A stretch of DNA of 5,899 nucleotides from Zygophlyctis sp. KS116. Its lineage: Eukaryota > Fungi > Chytridiomycota. A program made the position numbers and the translations under genes. The notes below the pieces were generated by a model that was given only the letters and a program-made list of their open reading frames with translations, did no database searches and had not been told where the DNA came from. Below are positions 1 to 5,899 of the stretch, in pieces; within the stretch, counting starts at the first letter, position 1, and each line of letters begins with the position of its first letter. The DNA is taken from the NCBI GenBank assembly GCA_054661495.1, contig BAAFSQ010000463.1, positions 1 through 5,899 on the forward strand, given 5' to 3'.

Positions 1-2598
1 CTAAACTCTAGAGATTCTAGCACAGGAACGGTTGCTGGGCAGGTATGGGGAATGGATCTTAAATTAGGTTATTGCAGCCATTGCGGCAATTGAGTTGCCT
101 ATTGGGCAATGGTCAGATTTGATAAATACTTTGCTGGGACAAGTTACGAATGCTCAGTCTCCTCTTTTGAAACAAATGACTTTGCAAGCTATTGGTTTCA
201 TTTGTGAATCCATGGTGATTAAAGTCTTGTAATTTTATAGGATCCAAATGTTTTATCTTCACAATCTAATGCAATTTTAAATGCTGTTGCTCAAGGTGTC
301 TCTAAAGATGAAGAGTAATTTTACAAGAGTTTTAAAAAGATTTTAGGATTAGTGTTCGATTGGCGGCTATTCAAGCTTTACAAAATTCATTAGAATTTAT
401 AAGAGATAATTTTGAAAGAGAAGCAGAGCGTAATTATATCATGCAAATTGTTTGTGAGGCTACACAAATGGATAATAGTGATATACAAGTTTCGGCTTTT
501 GAATGTCTTTGTAAAATTATGTCTCTATACTATGAAAAAATGGACTTTTATATGGCTAAAGCTCTGTATGGGATCACAATATTAGGAATGAGGCATCAAA
601 ATGATCGGGTAGTCTTGCAAGCAGTTGAATTTTGGTCTACAATATGTGAAATTGAATACGATATCTTATTAGAACAGCAAGAGGTATTTCCTTTGGTTTT
701 TACTTTCAAGGCAGCTGAAATACATGAGCCTTGTTCACGAGTGTTTCATCAATTCGCTCTAAAAGCCACCAAAGATTTAGCGGAACCTTTATTGTGGCTT
801 TTAAGCAAGAAAGAAGATGAAGAGGACGAAGACGAGTGGAATGTCTCGATGGCTGCTGCGACCTGTTTAAACTCCCTAGCTACTTGTGTGGCTGATAATG
901 TTGTTCCTTTTGTTTTGCCCTATATTGAAGCAAATATTAGACAGGAAGATTGGAGACTGAGAGATGCTGCGGTAATGGCTTTTGGTAATTATTTGGGATT
1001 GTAATTTAATAGGATCAATTCTTGATGGACCTCAGCCTACCAGTTTACAGCCTCTTGTTACATCTGTATATACTTTCACTTAAAATTAGGCGTTGCCACT
1101 GTTGATCCAGCTTACTCGTGATCCATCCGTACATGTACGCGATAGTGCAGCCTGGACATTGGGACGTATATGTGAACTCTTATCCAGCTATCTTACTCAA
1201 GAGCAACTTCACTCATTAATTGCTGCCATTCTTCCAGGTCTTAATGAAACTCCGCGGGTTGCATCAAATTGCGCTTGGTGTTTCATTAATTTAGCTGAGC
1301 AGCTGGCCGCCGATGATTCTGAGCAGAACACCAATGCTTTATCAAGCTACTTTGAAACCATTATAACCGCATTAAATTCAGCTGGGGAGCAGTATTTTAT
1401 TTAATTATTCTAATAATAGGCCAAATCAAGAACCAAACTTTAGAGCTTCAACCTATGAAGCGATTGCTACGCTTACTACCAATGCACCCAAAGATTGTAT
1501 GCATGTAGTCAATAATTTGACACTCGTTGTTTTGGATCGTCTAGAGCAATCTGTTGCAATTCAAGCGCAGCTGGTTGGAGGTGACGATGTAAGAGTACAC
1601 CATGAAATGCAAGCAAATCTTTGCAATGTTCTTACAAGTATTATCCGGAAATTGGGGAAAAATATTCTGCAGCTCACCGATAGAATTATGAATTGCATAT
1701 TAATGGTCATGTCTTCCGCTTCTAAAGGCTCGACAGTATTGGAAGACTCGTTTTTGGTTATTGGTGCTGTTACAGTCGGTAAGGTTTATTTTCTGATTGT
1801 AGCCTCTGAATCTGGATTTTCTCGCTATGTAGAAAGTTTTAAACCCTTCCTCTTCTCTGCTCTGCAAAATCATGAGGAGCATCAAATGTGCTCTATAGCG
1901 ATTGGTCTAGTCGGAGACATAAGTCGTGCGCTGAATGAGACTATGGCCCCTTATTGTGATGAGATTATGACGTATCTTCTTCAACATCTCCAAAATCCCA
2001 GCGTTCATCGTACCATAAAGCCTGCAGTACTCTCATGTTTTGGGGATATTGCTCTAGCCATAGGAGGACATTTTGAAGGCTACTTGCAAGCGGTTATGTC
2101 GACATTATTTCAAGTCCATAGCGGTATCTCTGGTGTAGAACCTGTATGATTTAGTTTTTTTTATATTATAGAGCACAGCTGAACTTGAAGATTTGTATTA
2201 TCAGCTTAAGGAAGGAATCGTCGAAGCTTTTGTTGGTATTATACAGGGTCTAAAGACTGGACAAAAAGGTATTCTAAAATTTCTAATTTTTAGCCCATTT
2301 GTTAATGCCATATGTACAGCATATTTTTGCTTTTGGAGAAGAAATGGCTTCCGATCTCCACCGCCCTGAATCATTAACTCGATGCTTAGTTGGAATGATT
2401 GGGTACGTATTCATTAATCGGTTTATTATTAGAGATTTGGCAGATTCATTCCCCCCTGGTCAGCTCAAGCCTATGTTTAGTGTACCTTGGGTGGATTATT
2501 TCCTGAAAGAAGTTAAAACGGATAGATCCTTGTCTGTTAACACTAAAGAAGTCGGGAAATGGTCTCGTGAAATGGTTCGTCGTCAAATCTCAGCCTAA
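1..2598 (+). CDS. KAP95: Importin subunit beta-1 (karyopherin beta, HEAT-repeat nuclear import receptor), 5'-truncated, 12 exons in window
   Basis: Exons: <1-42, 68-214, 241-314, 347-683, 711-984, 1013-1065, 1090-1391, 1420-1778, 1803-2143, 2172-2268, 2294-2402, 2433-2598 (2301 nt, 766 aa + TAA). The spliced protein has importin-beta motifs AAIAAIELPIGQW, VRLAAIQALQNSLEF, NFEREAERNYIMQIVCEATQ, LQAVEFWSTICE, the acidic loop KEDEEDEDEWN, WRLRDAAVMAFGSILDGP, VRDSAAWTLGRICE, GLVGDISRAL, KPAVLSCFGDIALAIG and GMIGDLA. Roughly 100 N-terminal residues are expected upstream of the window. Confidence 0.96.
43..67 (+). other. Spliceosomal intron, 25 nt (KAP95)
   Basis: GTATGG...AAATTAG; removal gives AGQ|VIAAIAAIELP. 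Confidence 0.9.
215..240 (+). other. Spliceosomal intron, 26 nt (KAP95)
   Basis: GTGATT...TTTATAG; removal gives IGFICESM|DPNVL. Confidence 0.9.
315..346 (+). other. Spliceosomal intron, 32 nt (KAP95); alternative in-frame acceptor at 352
   Basis: GTAATT...TTTTAG removes the in-frame TAA at 316-318 and gives SKDEEISVRLAA. Confidence 0.8.
684..710 (+). other. Spliceosomal intron, 27 nt, in-frame and stop-free (KAP95)
   Basis: GTATTT...TTTCAAG; if retained it inserts the T-rich-encoded VFPLVFTFK between EQQE and AAEIHEP. Confidence 0.85.
985..1012 (+). other. Spliceosomal intron, 28 nt (KAP95)
   Basis: GTAATT...TTAATAG; removal restores conserved AVMAFGSILDGP. Confidence 0.93.
1066..1089 (+). 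other. Spliceosomal intron, 24 nt (KAP95)
   Basis: GTATAT...AAATTAG contains an in-frame TAA; removal gives LQPLVTS|ALPLLI. Confidence 0.9.
1392..1419 (+). other. Spliceosomal intron, 28 nt (KAP95)
   Basis: GTATTT...CTAATAATAG; removal gives AGEQPNQEPNFRASTYEA. Confidence 0.9.
1779..1802 (+). other. Spliceosomal intron, 24 nt, in-frame and stop-free (KAP95)
   Basis: GTAAGG...CTGATTGTAG; removal gives IGAVTVASESGFSRY. Confidence 0.85.
2144..2171 (+). other. Spliceosomal intron, 28 nt (KAP95)
   Basis: GTATGA...ATTATAG; removal gives GVEP|STAELEDLYYQLKEGIVEAFVGIIQGLK. Confidence 0.9.
2269..2293 (+). other. Spliceosomal intron, 25 nt (KAP95)
   Basis: GTATTC...CTAATTTTTAG; removal gives GQKAHLLMPYV. 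Confidence 0.9.
2403..2432 (+). other. Spliceosomal intron, 30 nt, in-frame and stop-free (KAP95)
   Basis: GTACGT...TTATTAG; removal restores conserved GMIGDLADSF. Confidence 0.9.
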
Positions 2599-2704
2599 CG
2601 CATCACTATCTCTTTTCCACTATATTATTTTACTCTCGCATCTGTTCATAAGAACTGAATCTTAATTAACCGCAACGAATGACGTAAACTTTTTGAGATT
2701 TCAG

Positions 2705-4673
2705 ATGGGCTTTGTCACTATTCTTGTCCAACATTCTTGGTCTATGCAGCCTGGTACCATGAAGAAAGAATCAACAATTTCATCCAACGCACATAAAGAT
2801 CAAAGCAAAAACAGAAATGTCCGATTAACTGATTTTAAATCAGTAGCAAAATTAATTGAGAGATTTAATCAATCAGATCAATCTATAACTCAAAAGCAGA
2901 TTGAAGTAGAAGTTAGAGATGTTCTTGATCGGATTGCCAAGCTTTCACTTCAATCATCCATTCTGGATACAGCTAGAATAGATCCGATTAGAGTTTCGCT
3001 GAAAGCGGTCAAGAAGCCAGACTCCTCAGATACTATGGGACAAGATAAGACCAGATCATATGCCGCACAAGCTCGTATATCTCTTGTTGCCTATGCTGCT
3101 TGCAAAACTCTGCATTTGAGGGACAAAGCACTTGATATTTTACTGGAAGCGCTTGATACCAATATATTATCTTTTGATAGATCCGAATCGAATGCCCTCT
3201 TCCAATTGATAACTCAATTGACCAAAGCCTTGCAATTCGCAATTGATAAGGCCAGATCTGAAGATCCAGCACAAATGAGAGTAGCGGTTGACAATCATTT
3301 GGAGCGATTGTTAAAAGTATATTTACTAATCTTATTTATATTATAGGCTCTCATGCTTTCAATTCAAAGAATTGAATATTTTGTGGATATGGAGTCTTTA
3401 GTTTTAACTCCAGAGTTTTCAGATTCTCTCCACAATATATATAGAGAATTAGATATGTTCAGAACTGATGATCCTCATATTGTTTGTCAGATTTTTACGA
3501 TGCATGAAGGAATTAAATGGATTATATTTAAGACAAATAGTGTTGAATCTGATGATGAGGCTGCAACTCTACGGATTGCATTGTCTTTTGTTTCAAATGT
3601 GATACGTATGGCACCACCTTCCAACATATCTCAACTTCAAGGAGCATTTGAGGCGATTCTGGATGATCTCAATTCCAAATCAAAATGGTTTTTAGGTAAA
3701 AAGTTTAGTAAGTCGTTTGATTTTTGTAACCCAATTAGTAAATTTTTTAGGCACTGCTGCTATGTATCATGTTAGTGCTTGTAAATTATTCTTGGGGGTT
3801 TTGAGGCATTTGAGAACTCTACATTGGCAATGGATGTACCAGGCCTTGTTGACATTGGGGACGATCGTTTTAACAGCCGAATGCTCGCAAACTCGAAAAT
3901 TAGCCTTTGAAGAAGGGGTGCTTAATTATACATCATTTGGAGATGCTTCAGACCAAAGTGTCGGTTTTCATAAATACACTTGGACATCAAGGGCGGCCTG
4001 TGCGATAACTCTTAATCATATACTTAAACAAAGGAAGTCTTCTCCCATAGGTATTTTGGCTCATTCTGCCATAAATGCGAGAAAAGTCCAAGAATCACAC
4101 AATGTTGTACTGGACATTCTCAAAAATAATGGCCATTCTGATGTGAATCGTCTTTCAGTTTTATTCAAATATACCGGCCGAAATTTGGGGGAAGACTATT
4201 CGGGATCATTAGATAAACTAGCTGATTTTAAGAAACATATTGCATATTCAAGCTCTATATCTAAAAAACCGGTTTCAAAAAAGTATAAGAGACTTGAAAT
4301 TATGAATCAAGATCTAAACAATCTTAAATTATCTGTTGACGCATACCATTCAAACTACAAGAAGCATCCATCACTACTAAACCAACATAAAACGATTGAT
4401 AGTCAGCTAAAAATTACAACGAAGCCATCAAGTCTTTCAAACTCATACTCATGTAATACTGCTACTGAAAAAAATATTCCTCAGATTACGATTCCAACGG
4501 CTGGGACTGCCAATCGACGAAAATTATTCAATCCTGAACTGACATCTTCAAATTCTGAAGGGAATCCTGACTCAGAACCGTCAGATTTTCAGATCCAAGT
4601 CAGTGAATGTGACTCTGAATCGATAAATTCTCTATCCAAAGGAATAATAGTCATACCTGCCTTAAAATATTAG
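2705..4673 (+). CDS. Uncharacterised protein (~610-635 aa), apparently helical N-terminal/central region and Ser/Lys/Asn-rich low-complexity C-terminus
   Basis: ORFs 2693-3346, 3353-3775 and 3717-4673 join into one frame after removing intron 3317-3346 and 3696-3750 (or only 3708-3738). The start is uncertain: in-frame ATGs at 2705, 2744 and 2759 (the last in ACCATG context). Stop TAG at 4671-4673. No family recognised. Confidence 0.7.
3317..3346 (+). other. Spliceosomal intron, 30 nt (uncharacterised gene)
   Basis: GTATAT...TACTAAT (branch-point-like)...TTATAG; the acceptor TAG is the in-frame stop of ORF 2693-3346; removal gives ERLLK|ALMLSIQR. Confidence 0.85.
3696..3750 (+). other. 55-nt intervening sequence; candidate nested intron (inner 3708-3738, outer 3696-3707 + 3739-3750)
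   Basis: A frame change is required here. Donors GTAAAA (3696) and GTAAGT (3708) and acceptors ATTAG (3738) and TTTTTTAG (3750) are all frame-compatible. Confidence 0.65.
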
Positions 4674-4704
4674 ATCATAGAGAATATAAACATATATTTT
4701 AAAT

Positions 4705-5659
4705 TTACTCGTCTGTGCGAGAAATATAACTTGGTTGAGCAGTTTCATACTCTGAGAGAAAGAATTCACCTTGATTTTTCGTCATATACTCCAAAATCAT
4801 TGCCAAATGATCTTTCAATACATTTGTGGCATCCATATCCATATTGGTATGAGCAATCAGGGAGGGCAATTGTACTAAAAGCATAAAAATCTGAACAAAA
4901 ATACCAAAAAGACGTAATAAATGTTCTGCTCCATAAACATCAGACATTTTACGAGTCTCATTTTCCTTTAAAATATCCAAAAACTGCATTTTTTCCAATT
5001 TATAGAGAAGAATAGATCCTAAAGCCTTATCAAAATAAAGTTTTAATCCCTGTATTACTTCATGGGCGATATCTTCACCTGCAGATCTTCCTTCTCTTTT
5101 ATTTGGCAATTGTTGCTTGTATTCTTGTAAAAACCCATCCAAAATTTCATTGACAGTTGGAGATCTTGGTATTGACACCAACTAGAGATTAATTTTCCTA
5201 AAATACTTTTTGACTCTTTGTAACATTTTCCCAATCTTGAACCAATTTCAACTTTAGCGCATCTGGAATTGGAATATGAATCATTGGTTTTTTCAAAAAG
5301 TCCTCTTCCTATTCTTTTAGAATTTCTGATTACTTTTTCTGCTAAAACAGAGTCTCTTCTCTTCTTTTTCTTTTCCTGCGGCACTGCTGATGCATCGCTT
5401 CTCTTTCCATTTTTATTTATTTGTGCCTGATTCACCAATTCCGCCTGTTTTTTCAAGTTTTCCTCATCCAGCGGCAAAACTCTTTCTTCTCCAAGCCATT
5501 CATCCCAAGTATTCTTCCATCCTTGCATTAAATACTTTGAGTACCCTTGTAATGAATAAAATAATATGTTTTCCCTTCCTTTTCCCTTGTCTCCAGTACC
5601 TTTGCTTCATACAACATGCTCCCATGGAAACACAACACTTTTTCATTCTCTTTAAACAT
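4705..5659 (-). CDS. EAF3: EAF3/MRG15 (MORF4L1) family chromatin protein: chromo-barrel + MRG domain, about 283 aa
   Basis: Minus-strand exons: 5659-5545, 5521-5334, 5308-5207, 5181-4905, 4874-4705 (852 nt). The spliced protein begins MFKENEKVLCFHGSMLYEAKV...[22 protein letters not shown] (chromo-barrel). It has a basic KKKKRR linker and MRG motifs IPIPDALKLKLVQDWENVTK, LVSIPRSPTV, GLKLYFDKALGSILLYKLE and SDVYGAEHLLRLFVQLP. Confidence 0.95.
4875..4904 (-). other. Spliceosomal intron, 30 nt, in-frame and stop-free (EAF3)
   Basis: GTATTT...CTTTTAG on the minus strand; removal restores conserved HLLRLFVQLP. Confidence 0.9.
5182..5206 (-). other. Spliceosomal intron, 25 nt (EAF3)
   Basis: GTATTT...TTAATCTCTAG; removal gives VTKSQK|LVSIPR. 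Confidence 0.92.
5309..5333 (-). other. Spliceosomal intron, 25 nt (EAF3)
   Basis: GTAATC...CTAAAAGAATAG; removal gives VLAEK|EEDFLKKPMIHIPIP. Confidence 0.9.
5522..5544 (-). other. Spliceosomal intron, 23 nt (EAF3)
   Basis: GTACTC...TTAATGCAAG; removal restores the chromo-barrel motif [12 protein letters not shown]. Confidence 0.93.
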
Positions 5660-5730
5660 TTCAGCGTCTGCCCCTGCCCTGACGAGATCTGTTCTAGTCA
5701 GGTTTGTGTTTCCACATTTTGAATATTTAA

Positions 5731-5830
5731 TTTTAATGAGATTTTTGTAAATGAGATTTTAATGAGATTTTTGTAAATGAGATGTAAATGTAAATGAGAT
5801 TTTTGTAAATTTAAATGAGATGTAAATGAG
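5731..5830. repeat. Degenerate tandem repeat array upstream of EAF3
   Basis: Seven AATGAG copies (5735, 5750, 5761, 5776, 5793, 5814, 5825) interspersed with TTTT/TGTA; exact 26-bp tandem duplication TTTTAATGAGATTTTTGTAAATGAGA at 5731-5756 and 5757-5782. Confidence 0.85.
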
Positions 5831-5899
5831 TTCCGAAAATAATAAAAATTATGAATCAGAGATTTGACCTTCAATCTTCAACTTTTGATATTTTAATTC

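Noticed and set aside
1700-1885. 61-aa minus-strand ORF
   Set aside because: Short antisense shadow of the KAP95 coding region with no recognisable motif.
1-2598. Fragmented ORFs read as pseudogene, frameshifts or an alternative genetic code
   Set aside because: Every break is explained by a short GT-AG intron whose removal restores the frame and importin-beta motifs under the standard code.
2684-2704. 21-nt GT-AG segment after ATG 2679 as a first coding intron of the orphan gene
   Set aside because: Splicing puts ATG 2679 out of frame with the long ORF and reaches TGA at 2760-2762; it is also shorter than all supported introns and ends in CAG.
3033-3272. 79-aa minus-strand ORF
   Set aside because: Antisense to the long + strand ORF, non-ATG start, no supporting features.
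3781-3805. GTAAAT donor-like site in the orphan gene
   Set aside because: The ORF is already open through this region and the nearest AGs are GAG, unlike the TAG/AAG acceptors used elsewhere in the window.
5055-5333. C-terminal part of the 157-aa minus ORF 5055..5528
   Set aside because: Only 5521-5334 is EAF3 coding sequence in that frame; the rest is out-of-frame read-through past the 5309-5333 intron.
5390-5722. 110-aa plus-strand Phe-rich ORF
   Set aside because: Antisense shadow of the purine-rich EAF3 exons; the composition follows from the opposite strand.
5731-5830. CRISPR array or telomeric repeat
   Set aside because: No unique spacers, irregular unit length, eukaryotic internal location, and not a G-rich telomere-type unit.

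Overview
AT-rich, very compact eukaryotic locus, most likely an early-diverging fungus such as a chytrid (inferred from protein style and gene architecture). The ORF track is fragmented because the genes are split by tiny spliceosomal introns. Splicing by hand gives three genes. (1) The 5'-truncated importin beta-1 gene (KAP95/KPNB1), + strand, <1..2598, with 11 introns. (2) An unrecognised gene of about 610-635 aa, + strand, ~2705..4673. (3) An EAF3/MRG15 chromo-barrel + MRG domain gene, - strand, 5659..4705, with 4 introns. All 16 simple introns are GT-AG and only 23-32 nt long. The one outlier, a 55-nt interruption at 3696-3750, resolves into a candidate nested intron (twintron): a 31-nt inner intron exactly in the middle of a 24-nt outer intron, with short direct repeats at both pairs of boundaries. 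A small AATGAG(AT)-based repeat array lies upstream of EAF3.
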